From contig JBFLZG010000014.1 in the NCBI GenBank assembly GCA_040756235.1, positions 1 through 41,565 on the forward strand: a DNA stretch of 41,565 nucleotides, in the 5' to 3' direction. Below the pieces are notes generated by a model. It was not told where the DNA came from. It did no database searches and saw nothing but the letters and a program-made list of their open reading frames with translations. The DNA comes from a bacterium (lineage in GTDB: Bacteria; Desulfobacterota; DSWW01). Shown in pieces: positions 26,176-36,033 of the stretch. Positions within the stretch are counted from its first letter, which is position 1, and every line of letters starts with the position of its first letter. The position numbers and the translations under genes are program-made.

Positions 26176-27554
26176 TCAACCCATCTTCTTGGTGCCCAAC
26201 AAGTACCCCTCGAGGTCTGACTCGATCTGGCGGGAGAGCGCGTGGGCTGTCTCGCGCTCGCGGGCAACCTGCGCCCGGCCAGCTTCCACATCTGCCACCA
26301 TCCGGCGCTGGACGGCAAGGGGTGGCAGGGGGATTACCAGGCTCTCGAGTTCCTTGCTGTTGATGTTGGCCTGCCCAATAATCTGGCGGCTCATGCCATC
26401 GATCTGCTGACGCCCGATGCGCGAGTTCAACACGAAAACGACGTAGTCAGGATGCGCGCTCTCGGCTTTAGTTCGCACTCTTATGAGGTACGAGGCAAAT
26501 ATATATGGTCCGGTCTCATGAAACACCGCGCATTTGCCCACCAGTTCCTTGCTGTTTGTGCGGTTGATCAGAATATCACCGTCCTCAAGGAGCAGTCTGG
26601 TATGCTCCATCTCGGGCAGCTCGACATGCTTTATGGCGGATAGGTGGAGCAGCCCGTCGACGAGGTTGTTCATCCGCAAAACCGGGACACCCACCCCGCG
26701 CGTATTGGCTTTCTCGCTGGTGCCGTACTGGGTGAGCGACAAGACGGAGCCGAGTTGGACGACTGGGTACTTCCCTTTTTTAACATCCGTGCCGGTCAAC
26801 GCCGCTTGGTTGTAACTGACACTCCAGCGTGAAAAGTCCTCAAATGACGTGGAGAAGCATCTTGGAGCTTTGGCCACTGATGCCAGTTTCAGACCCAGAG
26901 CGGCCAAGAAGCCAGCCTTTATCTCAGCTTCGATCCTGCGGATTCGTTCTCCGAGGCAGCGATCGCCTGGCGGGCCTTCCGCCACTCAGATAGGATCACT
27001 CGCTGCGTGGCAAGCGGCGGAACTGGGATCTCAAACGCGAGGAACGCTTCTTCCTTGAAGCGGTTCCGGCTCACGGCCGCCGAGCCCACTGAAGCGGTAC
27101 TGACGGCCTTCAGTGTCGCAGGGCACGTGAAATAAAGGTAGAGGTGTTCAGTAAGGATCTGCTCCTCATCTACAGTGAACTGCGGGAACTCGCCCGACAC
27201 GAAGCACTCCTTGTGTTTCGGCGGGACGACGGCGAAGGCCCCCTTCCACGCGAACAGGCGATTGTAAATAAACGCACCTGGTAGCACCGGAGTCACGTAC
27301 GCGGCGCTCAGCGAAGCGCCAGGCACGGTCTCGCGATGGAATGTGCCGTCGCCGTACCATTTGACCCCGAGCATCTTGTACCTGGCGCCCGGCTCGACCC
27401 GTATTCTGTCGGAAAATCGACGGACGAGATTCCCGACGCGGACAATCCGCCAACCGGTCGGCAAGGCCTTGGCGTCGATAATGCTGGATCGAACGACCCA
27501 GCGGTCGAGGTTGTCGAACCACACCGCAAATACTCTTTCGACTTCGGCGCTCAT
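26176..27554 (-). pseudogene. hsdS: Restriction-modification specificity subunit (HsdS-like), split by a 1-nt deletion near 26949
   Basis: Two TRDs, each followed by a conserved helix (IPVPPLATQR and IPLPPLAVQR), lie in different frames (26919-27554 and 26176-26985). Span 1379 = 3n+2. ATGA coupling to the methylase stop. Confidence 0.82.
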
Positions 27555-29806
27555 GGGATCGCTTTCGGCAGGAGCGATTCCGGATTCTTGAGGAACTCCT
27601 GGTAGAACTCGACGCAACTCTTCTCGACCTGCGGTGGCATGTCGGGGTTTGGGTAGAGCTCGTTCTGATCCTGCTCGCCCGTGGCGGTGATGCCGACTTT
27701 CTCGGCAGCATACATGAAGATGAGGTAATTGAACCGGGTCTTGAGCAGCGCGCGGGCCTCGGCCGCCTTCTTCTCGGCCATGCTCTTCTCGTAGTCGGCG
27801 AGCGCCTTCTGAGAGGCCCTGCGCCTCTCAGCGTCTCGGGTCAGTCTGGCTGCATCGATCTCGGCTCGCAGGCGGGCGGTCTCCGCGCTTATCTCGGAAG
27901 TATACTTGGCGTCCGTCTCAGCAATGGCCTTCTGTCGCTCTGCTTCGAAGCGAGTCTTTTCCTTCTCGGTGAATTTCTGCAGGAAGAGGAGTGACGCTTT
28001 GACGCTCGCTCCGGAAGAGAAGAAGGTCTCCTGCGGCAGGCTCACGACGGCTCGAATAAGAGCACGGTCCTCGCAAAACTCGCGGATATAGGCGAGCGAA
28101 GGGTTGTTGAATACGCCTTCCGGCAACACGATGCCCAGCCGGCCGCCCGGCTTCAGGAGCTCGAGACAGCGTTCGATGAAGAGGATCTCCGTCTTGATCT
28201 TGGCCGACCTGGCCCGCTTCTCACGGTCCTTCTCGGTACCGTTCCCTTTGGGAAGCTCGAAGAGCGTGGCGATGGGCTTGCCAACAGCCGCGCGGATGCG
28301 AGCCTGGCCCTGCCGGTAAAGGTCGCCGAACTCGGCTGTGTATTTGCGCTCCAGTTCGTCTGGCAATGCGGTCTGTTCATCAAGCACAACATCGGACGGC
28401 TCTACGTTGGCGCCGAAAGGGGGATTGGTGAGAACGATTTCGAACCGTCCCTCGAAGATGCCGTTGACGTTGAGAAAGCCGTCGTGGTGGTGCACGCCGC
28501 CATGACCGTCGCCGTGCATGATCATGTTCATCTTACTTGTGCGAGCCATGCGGTCGTTGGCATCGGCACCGTATATGCAACGGTTGGCAAGAGTCCAGAG
28601 GCGGGAGCCATTCCGTTTCGGGTCGAGTGTGGCTTGGATTTCGTCGAACTTGGCACTCAGGAGCTCTGCTCTTCTTGTTCTCGAGATGTTTTTCTGGGCT
28701 TCGACTTCGGCCTTGAACTTCCGGTATTGCCGATCGGCGTCTGCCAAGATTTGCTCCCGGACGATCTCGAAGAAGCGAATGAGGAAGCCGCCGGAACCGC
28801 TGGCCGGATCGCAAATGACGTCCCCCTCTTTCGGCTCCACCATGCGCACCATGAACTCGACGATGCAGCGTGGGGTGAAAAACTGGCCGATCTCGCCGCG
28901 GAAGGTCTTACCCAGAAATCGTTCAAAGGCGATCCCCTTGATATCCTCACTGGTATCGGAGAGATTATAGCTCTCCAGAAGGCGAACGATCTCCAACCCG
29001 GTGGCTGGCTTGAGATTGATGGTTTCGGCCTTGTCGAAGATGCGGTCCTCTGCATAGTGCTGTTTGGTTTTCTGGAAGAGATCCTGGAGCGGTGTATCGC
29101 TGAATTGCTCTTTGAGAAACTCCACCGTGAAGACGTTCTTCCTCTGGCGTCGTTTCCTCAGTTCCCGCTCGACGAAGACTTTTACGAACAGGATTTTCGC
29201 GATCTCATCGAAGGCGGCGACGGGGTCCTTCTTCTCCCGGTTGCGAATGACGTTGTGGCACTGGTGCAGCAGGTTTGCGAACTCGTCGCCCTTGAAGACC
29301 TTGAGTTCTGTCAGCAGCTTTTCGATCTGCGCGTCGGTGTCATCGGCATGGGGGATGCCGGAGATTTCGTCGTAGTTCGGCATGCGCCGCGTATCGTCCA
29401 CCTTCCAGAACTTCGTCTCGCGGTGGTTGTGGGTGACGAAAAACCGGGCGTGCTCGTACTGGGCGTAGTTGGCGCCCTGGTGGTAGTCCTTGAGCGATAT
29501 GGCAACGTTGTCGGCCTTACACTCGACCACGATCAACGCATGCTCCTGTCGGGCTTTTGCCTCCGGGTTGCGCCAGACGAGGAAGTCGGCGCGGGCGTCG
29601 CCGCTGCCGCGACCTGTGACGGAGACTTCCTCCTCGATTTGCTCCAGCGAATACCCATACTCGTCCCCAAGGACGAGCAAAAATTCCTGCCGTACGCGCT
29701 CCTCAGGCGTAAGTTGCACGAATTTCTGCCGAACCGGACTGAAGATCTTGTTTCCCTCGATGCGGATGCGATCGGGTTTGATATAGGGCTTGGCTTGTGC
29801 TGGCAT
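27551..29806 (-). CDS. Fused HsdR-N-type PD-(D/E)xK nuclease / N6-adenine DNA methyltransferase (type IIB/BcgI-like RM subunit)
   Basis: N-terminal TPEERVRQ, RADFLV and VECKA...QGANYA. Methylase motifs GQFFTPR, DPASGSGGFL, NPPF and IVLPEG. Confidence 0.88.
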   Translation of the reverse strand: MPAQAKPYIKPDRIRIEGNKIFSPVRQKFVQLTPEERVRQEFLLVLGDEYGYSLEQIEEEVSVTGRGSGDARADFLVWRNPEAKARQEHALIVVECKADNVAISLKDYHQGANYAQYEHARFFVTHNHRETKFWKVDDTRRMPNYDEISGIPHADDTDAQIEKLLTELKVFKGDEFANLLHQCHNVIRNREKKDPVAAFDEIAKILFVKVFVERELRKRRQRKNVFTVEFLKEQFSDTPLQDLFQKTKQHYAEDRIFDKAETINLKPATGLEIVRLLESYNLSDTSEDIKGIAFERFLGKTFRGEIGQFFTPRCIVEFMVRMVEPKEGDVICDPASGSGGFLIRFFEIVREQILADADRQYRKFKAEVEAQKNISRTRRAELLSAKFDEIQATLDPKRNGSRLWTLANRCIYGADANDRMARTSKMNMIMHGDGHGGVHHHDGFLNVNGIFEGRFEIVLTNPPFGANVEPSDVVLDEQTALPDELERKYTAEFGDLYRQGQARIRAAVGKPIATLFELPKGNGTEKDREKRARSAKIKTEILFIERCLELLKPGGRLGIVLPEGVFNNPSLAYIREFCEDRALIRAVVSLPQETFFSSGASVKASLLFLQKFTEKEKTRFEAERQKAIAETDAKYTSEISAETARLRAEIDAARLTRDAERRRASQKALADYEKSMAEKKAAEARALLKTRFNYLIFMYAAEKVGITATGEQDQNELYPNPDMPPQVEKSCVEFYQEFLKNPESLLPKAIP

Positions 29807-29813
29807 CGGTCTG

Positions 29814-30533
29814 CTATCCCTCCTGTAAATCCTCGAGCCGACCGGTGTCGGAATAACTGTAGTGATCGGATTCGCCGACGATCACGTGGTCAAGCAGAAC
29901 CAGTTGGACCAGCCTGCACGCTTTCAGCAGCTGCCGAGTGGTTTCATCATCGCCGGCGGAAGGTTCCGGATTCCCTGAGGGATGATTGTGGATGAGAACC
30001 ACGGCCGCAGCCGAGAGTCGAAGCGCCTCCTCAAGAACGCGGCGAGCATAAACGGTCGCCTGCGTGGGAGTGCCCTCCGTGATATCCTTCTCGCCAAGGC
30101 GCTGGTTTTGTCCGTTCAGAAAGACGCCAATGACAGTCTCCTCACGCTTGCCGGTGAAGAGCGGGCGAAAGTGGTCGGCTACCGCCTTTGAGGACTCGAA
30201 AGCGGGTGCGGTGAGCTTTCCGGCACAGAGACGTTTTCCGAGTTCAAAGGCAGCCTTGATTTGAGCGACTTTCGCAGGCCCGAGGCCGGGCACCTTCAGC
30301 AGATCTTGGATGTGGGCGCGATGGAGGCCTCGGAGCCCGCGGAAATCTTTGAGAAGCAACCTTGCGACATCGGACGCATTCTGCCCGGGAGTGCCCGCCC
30401 TGAAAGTTCCCAGACCTATGCGGAGCACAATGGCAAGCAGTTCAGAATCGGTGAGCTTATCCGGACCTTCGGCGAGGAGGCGTTCCCGTGGGCGCTCCTC
30501 CTTTGGCCAGTTCTTGATGCGGCTGGATTTCAT
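29814..30533 (-). CDS. radC: RadC family JAB-domain protein
   Basis: ERPRERL, LTDSELLAI, HhH GLGPAK, HNHPSG.PEPS..D and LLDHVIVG. Confidence 0.92.
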   Translation of the reverse strand: MKSSRIKNWPKEERPRERLLAEGPDKLTDSELLAIVLRIGLGTFRAGTPGQNASDVARLLLKDFRGLRGLHRAHIQDLLKVPGLGPAKVAQIKAAFELGKRLCAGKLTAPAFESSKAVADHFRPLFTGKREETVIGVFLNGQNQRLGEKDITEGTPTQATVYARRVLEEALRLSAAAVVLIHNHPSGNPEPSAGDDETTRQLLKACRLVQLVLLDHVIVGESDHYSYSDTGRLEDLQEG

Positions 30534-30578
30534 ACTGGATTCACGACTGCCTGAGAATTAGAGATTGGGCCCAGAGGA

Positions 30579-30607
30579 GTTTTATCCAAGCGTAAACGAG
30601 GTGTCAA
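30579..30607 (-). promoter_or_regulatory. Putative sigma70 promoter of the radC-RM operon
   Basis: Minus strand TTGACA-N17-TAAAAC, about 45 nt upstream of radC. Confidence 0.55.
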
Positions 30608-30892
30608 CAAAGCGGCTGACGCGCTTTCGACTCGCAATTCCTGAATGACAAGAAGCGCAAGTAGCCAGGAGCCGACGGATCGCCATCCAGGATTGGAAGC
30701 CGGTCCGCTGGTTCGCACTATCCGAAAGACACGGGCACAAGCAAATTCCCGTTGTCAGAGTGGGCCTGACTGAGGCAGAATTTACCAGGTCATGACGGCC
30801 GGGCTTCGAATCAGATCCCTGCCGCCACGTTGCACCATCTGATGCCCGAGGGCGTCCCCACCGGCCGCCGTCCCACGCTCGGAGGCCCCGTC

Positions 30893-32149
30893 ATGCATGA
30901 AGGCTTCCTGTTCCTCCAGTACCTTGCCCTGATCCTGCTCGGCGGAAAGCTGGCCGCCGAGGGGTTCTCCCGGTTCGGCATCAGCCCGGTGCTGGGGGAA
31001 ATCTTCGCAGGCTTTCTGCTGGGGCCCTCATGCCTGGGGATCGTGGATCTGGCCACCGGCGGCGAGTCGGGCGCCATCGTGCTCGGCCTTGCGGAGGTCG
31101 GGATCCTGTTCCTGATGTTTACCATCGGCCTGGAGACGAGGCTCGGCCAGATCGCTCAAGTCGGGCTCCTGGCGACCGCGGTGGCGGTCGGCGGAGTGGT
31201 TCTGCCCCTTGTGCTCGGCTATGCCGTAGGTGTCTGGATGGTTCCTGAGGAGGGATGGCGGGTCCATCTGTTCATCGGCGCGATCACCACCGCCACGAGC
31301 GTGGCGATCACGGCACGGGTGCTTCGAGACCTGGGGATCGGCCGCTCCAGGGCCTCCCGCATCATCCTCGCGGCCGCCATCCTGGATGATATCCTCGGCC
31401 TGGTGATCCTCTCGATCGTGCTGGCGGTCGGAGGCACTTCTTCCGGGCATGGTGCGGAAGGAGATCAGCTCCCCGGCGCGGCCGCCGTGCTGAAAAGCTG
31501 GCTCGGAATCGAGAGCAACGTCCTGTCGACCGCGGCGGCCATGGCCCTGTTCCTCGTGGTGCTGGTGCCGCTCCTCTGGCGCGCGGTTCCCAGGCTGCTC
31601 GAGTCCATGAGGAAGCTCGAATCCAAGGGCTCGCTTCAGGTCGTCGCGTCCTCGTTGATGCTCCTGGTCTCCTATCTGGCCGACCTGTGCGGTCTGGCCC
31701 CGATCGTGGGCGCCTTTCTCCTCGGGATGATCGTGGGCTCCTCTCAGGTTTCGCGGACCATCGAGGAACAGACGGAGGCGATCTTCCTGCTGCTGGCTCC
31801 GGTGTTCTTCGTGTCGATCGGGATCACCTTCGAGATCGGACACCTGTTCAGCGCGTGGGAGTTCGCCCTCGTGCTGACCGCGGCAGCCGTGCTCAGCAAG
31901 GGGCTGGGGACCGGCTTGCCCGCCCGGCTCGCCGGGTCATCGAACCGGGAGGCGCTGCTCGTGGGGCTCGGCATGATCCCGAGAGGCGAGGTCGGCCTGA
32001 TCGTCGCCAACGTAGGGCTCGCGGCGGGCCTGCTCAGTCAACCGGTCTACGCGGGTTCCGTGGCCATGTGCATTCTGACCGTTCTGGTCATCCCCCCCGT
32101 TCTGAAACTTGCGGCAAAGGATTACGGCGGGGCGCAGGTCGAGGAGTGA
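30893..32149 (+). CDS. Cation:proton antiporter (CPA2, NapA/KefB-like)
   Basis: Multi-TM protein with LGEIFAGFLLGP, GLET, ATSVAIT, AAILDD and GMIPRGEV. GGAGG RBS. Confidence 0.9.
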   Translation: MHEGFLFLQYLALILLGGKLAAEGFSRFGISPVLGEIFAGFLLGPSCLGIVDLATGGESGAIVLGLAEVGILFLMFTIGLETRLGQIAQVGLLATAVAVGGVVLPLVLGYAVGVWMVPEEGWRVHLFIGAITTATSVAITARVLRDLGIGRSRASRIILAAAILDDILGLVILSIVLAVGGTSSGHGAEGDQLPGAAAVLKSWLGIESNVLSTAAAMALFLVVLVPLLWRAVPRLLESMRKLESKGSLQVVASSLMLLVSYLADLCGLAPIVGAFLLGMIVGSSQVSRTIEEQTEAIFLLLAPVFFVSIGITFEIGHLFSAWEFALVLTAAAVLSKGLGTGLPARLAGSSNREALLVGLGMIPRGEVGLIVANVGLAAGLLSQPVYAGSVAMCILTVLVIPPVLKLAAKDYGGAQVEE

Positions 32150-32200
32150 GCGCCACCGGGGAAGGCCGGGACGGGTCGAGAAGCAAGTGGTACGCAGGAG

Positions 32201-32641
32201 ATGAAGGAGATGGATAAAAGCAAGGCCAAACCCAAAGTCAGAGACCGCTACCAGGAGTTCTCGCTCATGCCCGATATCCTGGAACCGAGCGCCTCTCTGC
32301 CTCGAGTGATCGAGGCCATGGCGCGCACCAAGTCCAGCCGCGCCGTGTTCATCGTGGACGAGAAGGGCAGATTCTGCGGGATCGTCACCGCCCGAGAGTT
32401 GATCCGGGCCTTTGCGGAGAGCGGCTCCTCGGACTTCGAAATCCCCAGGTCGGTGGAGATCCTGGGGAACCGTGCCGAGCATTTCATGGTGCCGGCGGAG
32501 TCCGTGGGCCTCGACGACACGATCGAGGAGGCCCTCCGCAAGGCTGCCCGGAGCGGGCTGGAAGACCTCCCGGTGGTCGAGGAAGGCAGGATCGTGGGCG
32601 TTCTCGACTGCTTCGAAATGCTGCTGCACGCGATGGAGTAG
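32201..32641 (+). CDS. CBS domain pair protein
   Basis: VDEKGRFCGIVT and LPVVEEGRIVGVL. Likely regulatory partner of the antiporter. Confidence 0.85.
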   Translation: MKEMDKSKAKPKVRDRYQEFSLMPDILEPSASLPRVIEAMARTKSSRAVFIVDEKGRFCGIVTARELIRAFAESGSSDFEIPRSVEILGNRAEHFMVPAESVGLDDTIEEALRKAARSGLEDLPVVEEGRIVGVLDCFEMLLHAME

Positions 32642-32715
32642 GGGCAGGTTTCCGACCTGCCCGAGCGTGATCCACCTAAAGGGGCGGGCGGATACGCTGC
32701 GCTTGTCCACCTTGC
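32638..32715. repeat. GTAG-type REP cluster overlapping the CBS gene stop codon
   Basis: GTAGGGGCAGGTTTCCGACCTGCCC, then GGCGGATACGCTGCGCTTGTCCACC. Confidence 0.65.
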
Positions 32716-32942
32716 CCGGGTGCTCCCGCGGACGCGCTCCGGAGTGCGCTGCGATCGGCCTCCGTCACGGCCCGGGCTTCGATCTTCGGCGGTTCCCCAT
32801 TTCCGCCCGCCGATCTCCGTCCGACGGGCCGGTCGCAGGTGCCGTGAGACAGCCGCGGCGCCTCCAGGCAGCGCAATGAATTTGTTCTTTTCTTGCGGAC
32901 CTTGTTAGAATTTTGTGTTCGAATAAAGAAGAGAAGGCTGCG

Positions 32943-33968
32943 ATGGAAGACCCGCAGAAAAGGAAACCCCTTGGCCGGGCCCTGGCTGCCCTGATCGTCG
33001 CCTCGCTGGGCATCGCCAGCTATCTGTGGCTCAGCCGCAGCCCCGAGCAAGCGCCTTCCGGGCTCGACAGGCTCAGGATCGCGGACGGGTCGATTTCGAA
33101 CTCCGCGCTTCTTTACGTGGCCCTCGAAAAGGGCTTCTTCGAGCGCGAGGGACTGCAGGTGTCCTGCCGGCTCCTCCCCTCGGGCAAGGACGCCTTGCAC
33201 TCGGTCGAAGAGGGAAAGGCGGATCTTGCCACGGTCGCCGACGTCCCGGTCATGTTCGCAGCCATGAGGGGAGTGAGAATCCAAGTCTTGGCAACGATTT
33301 CCAGCTCCACGAACAACAACGCGCTGATCGCCAGGAGAGACCGGGGCGTGTCGAGCCCGAGCGACCTCAGGGGCAAGAAGATCGGCGTCGCGCCGGGCAC
33401 CACCGGAGAGTACTTCCTGGACACCTTCCTGAATTTGAACCGAATCTCGCGAAATGAAATCGAGATGATCGGCATGCAGGTCCCGGACATGGCTGCGGCG
33501 CTCGCGAGGGGCGAGGTCGACGCGGTCGTTTCCTGGGACCCTTACGCGCCGGAGCTGGAGGAAGCCCTGGGCGCGAACGGCCTCAGCAGCAGGGGCGAGG
33601 GGCTGTACGGGTTCATGTGGAACCTCGTCGCCATGCAGGATCTCGTCCGGAAGAAGCCGGAGACGGTCCGGAAGGTCCTTCGGGCTCTGCTCGAGTCGGA
33701 AGCCTTCATTCGGGAAGAGCCCGAGGAGGCCCTTCGGATCGCAGCCCAATACCTCAGAGTCGAAGAGCCTTTCCTCAGAAAGTCCTGGCATAGAGTACGC
33801 TTCAATCTTTCGCTGGATCCGATTCTCGTGCTCAACATGGAAGATCAGGCACGCTGGGCCATTCGGCAAGGGCTCACGAATCGAAAGAATGTGGCGAACT
33901 TCCTGGATCGCATCTGGCTGGAAGGGCTGAGATCGATCTGCCCTGAGGTGGTCACCATCCTCTATTGA
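32943..33968 (+). CDS. SsuA/NrtA/NMT1-type substrate-binding protein
   Basis: N-terminal TM, YVALEKGFFEREGL, SDLRGKKIGV and GEVDAVVSWDP. Confidence 0.85.
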   Translation: MEDPQKRKPLGRALAALIVASLGIASYLWLSRSPEQAPSGLDRLRIADGSISNSALLYVALEKGFFEREGLQVSCRLLPSGKDALHSVEEGKADLATVADVPVMFAAMRGVRIQVLATISSSTNNNALIARRDRGVSSPSDLRGKKIGVAPGTTGEYFLDTFLNLNRISRNEIEMIGMQVPDMAAALARGEVDAVVSWDPYAPELEEALGANGLSSRGEGLYGFMWNLVAMQDLVRKKPETVRKVLRALLESEAFIREEPEEALRIAAQYLRVEEPFLRKSWHRVRFNLSLDPILVLNMEDQARWAIRQGLTNRKNVANFLDRIWLEGLRSICPEVVTILY

Positions 33969-33978
33969 CAGGAATCCC

Positions 33979-35496
33979 ATGAAGCTCCGGACCAAGCTCC
34001 TGGTCGGCGGGATGCTCCCTCTCCTGCTGGTCGCTGTCGTGGGCCTGGCGCTCTGGACCGCCGGGACCGGGCTCGCCAGAGCGGACAGGAACATGAATGC
34101 CACGGATCAGATCATCCGAGGCGTGCTCGAGCTCAGCTTTGTCATCAATCAGTATCTTCTATACGGCCACGAGCGTCCCATGGCCCAGTTCGATAGCATT
34201 TGCGCTTTTCTGACAAGATCGCTCGATGAATATCGGCCCGACACTCCGCAGGAAGGGCAGATCCTCGAAGATGTCCGGGACAGACTCGGGTCGATCGAGT
34301 CGTTCTTCCGTCTGCTCGTCGGATCGCAAGAAGGTTCCGGCGCCCCGCTGCACGGAGAGACGGAGACGGCCTTCCGGACCATGCTGGTGAGCTTGACCCT
34401 GGCCAACTCCAGGGAGATCGTCTCGCTCGCTCTGAATCTGAATCGGGTCACCGGCAGGCAGGCGGACGCCATCCGGCGTCGGGCAGCCCTCCATGTTGCC
34501 CTGTCGGTCCTGGCGTTCGGGACCCTGATCGTGGCCTACCACGTCTGGATGAGCAGGGGGATCCTGAGACCGGTCGCAAAACTGATCGAAGGGACGAAAC
34601 GGATCGCGGGCGGGGACCTGAGCCATCGAATCGAGCCCGAATCCGATGACGAGATCGGGCGGCTGACACGGGCCTTCAACGTAATGATTGCGGAGCTGGA
34701 CAAGTACAGCGCCTCTCTCCGGAGCGAGATCGAAGTCCGAGAGCGCGCCGAGGCAAGGCTTCGATATTTCTCCTCACGACTCGTGACGGCCCAGGAGGAG
34801 GAAAGAAAGAGAGTCGCCGGGGAAATCCACGATGGAATCGGGCAGCAATTGACCGTGATCAACTTCAAGTCAGAGAAGGTACTCCGGAGCCTGCATCCGC
34901 TGCAGGACAAGGCCCTGGTCGAGGGGTTGCAGGACCTTGTTACTGCAATCAAGGAAGCCATGGAAGAAGTCAGGAGGATTCAACTGCACTTGAGGCCTTC
35001 GATCATCGACGATGTGGGTATCCTGGCCACTCTCTCCTGGCTCTGCCGGGGATTTCAGGAGACGTACTCGGCCATCGGGGTGGAGCAGGAGGTGAGCGTA
35101 CGGGAGGACGAGGTACCCGATCCGCTGAAGCCGGTCATCTATCGCATCACGCAGGAAGCCCTCACCAACGTGGCCAAGCACAGCCGGGCGGACGCCGTGA
35201 GCCTCCTGCTGCGGAAAAACGGCGATGCGGTCGAGCTGACGATCCGGGACAACGGGCATGGACTCTCCCTGGCAACAGTTGCCCCTTCTGACGGCGCGGG
35301 ACGGGGATTCGGCCTGACGAGCATGAGGGAACGAGCCGAGCTTTCCGGCGGCTCGTGCACGATTCGGTCCGACCCAGGAGGGGGCACGGTCGTTCACGCG
35401 TCCTGGCCCCTTCAGGAAGGGCCTTCACCAGCGCCGCCTGAGAGTGGGCGGCGCACGCGCCGCCCCCACGAAGCTCCCGGAAGCGGCGCGGCATGA
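33979..35496 (+). CDS. HAMP-domain sensor histidine kinase (HisKA_3, NarX/UhpB-type)
   Basis: Two TMs, HAMP DEIGRLTRAFN, EEERKRVAGEIHDGIGQ, QEALTNVAKH, DNGHG and GFGLTSMRER. Confidence 0.9.
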   Translation: MKLRTKLLVGGMLPLLLVAVVGLALWTAGTGLARADRNMNATDQIIRGVLELSFVINQYLLYGHERPMAQFDSICAFLTRSLDEYRPDTPQEGQILEDVRDRLGSIESFFRLLVGSQEGSGAPLHGETETAFRTMLVSLTLANSREIVSLALNLNRVTGRQADAIRRRAALHVALSVLAFGTLIVAYHVWMSRGILRPVAKLIEGTKRIAGGDLSHRIEPESDDEIGRLTRAFNVMIAELDKYSASLRSEIEVRERAEARLRYFSSRLVTAQEEERKRVAGEIHDGIGQQLTVINFKSEKVLRSLHPLQDKALVEGLQDLVTAIKEAMEEVRRIQLHLRPSIIDDVGILATLSWLCRGFQETYSAIGVEQEVSVREDEVPDPLKPVIYRITQEALTNVAKHSRADAVSLLLRKNGDAVELTIRDNGHGLSLATVAPSDGAGRGFGLTSMRERAELSGGSCTIRSDPGGGTVVHASWPLQEGPSPAPPESGRRTRRPHEAPGSGAA

Positions 35497-35580
35497 GGCA
35501 CCTCACCCCGACCCCCGATTGCCTGCGGGGCTGGTGGACACGCTGCGCTAGGTAGAGCCTGTCCCAACAGGCTCGATTTC

Positions 35581-35707
35581 AGAGGCTGTTCAAAAATGCC
35601 CAGATGCAAGGCGCACGAAATCCTGAGGAACGAGGCGTACATAGAAGTACGCCGCAGGGACGAAGGATGAGTGCAACGCCGCAGATGGGCGTTTTGGGAC
35701 AGCCTCT
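35581..35707 (+). repeat. Family A structured repeat, copy 3
   Basis: AGAGGCTGTTCAAAAATGCCCAGATGC...GCAGATGGGCGTTTTGGGACAGCCTCT. Confidence 0.85.
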
Positions 35708-36001
35708 AGGTACATGATTTCACAAGTAGAGCGACGTAGTTTCTGCCTACACAGCCACGCCATCCACAGGCCGTGGCAACGGATACATCAAAAAGCTGAA
35801 TCTCGCAAGCGAGCCTTGCATGCTCAGGCTGCCCAGGCGGAATGGCATTCCGCGAGCGTGGCGACCCCTCTGTGACCTGGAGGTTGCCACGGCCCTCTGG
35901 GCCTCGCAATCTCCGGCATCTTTGCCGCCGGTCGCCACGCGCTGAAGATACATCACCGAACTTGCGAACAGCGGTACTTGCTCAACTCTACCGACTGGGC
36001 T

Positions 36002-36033
36002 GGCGGACACGCCTTCGGCTTTGTCCACCCTAC
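36002..36033 (-). repeat. GTAG-type REP supplying the stop codon of the acyl-CoA synthetase gene
   Basis: GGCGGACACGCCTTCGGCTTTGTCCACCCTAC. CTA at 36030-36032 is the minus-strand TAG. Confidence 0.65.

Noticed and set aside
25514..30810. Integrative element boundaries around the RM operon
   Set aside because: No integrase, tRNA or att-like direct repeat was found by eye.
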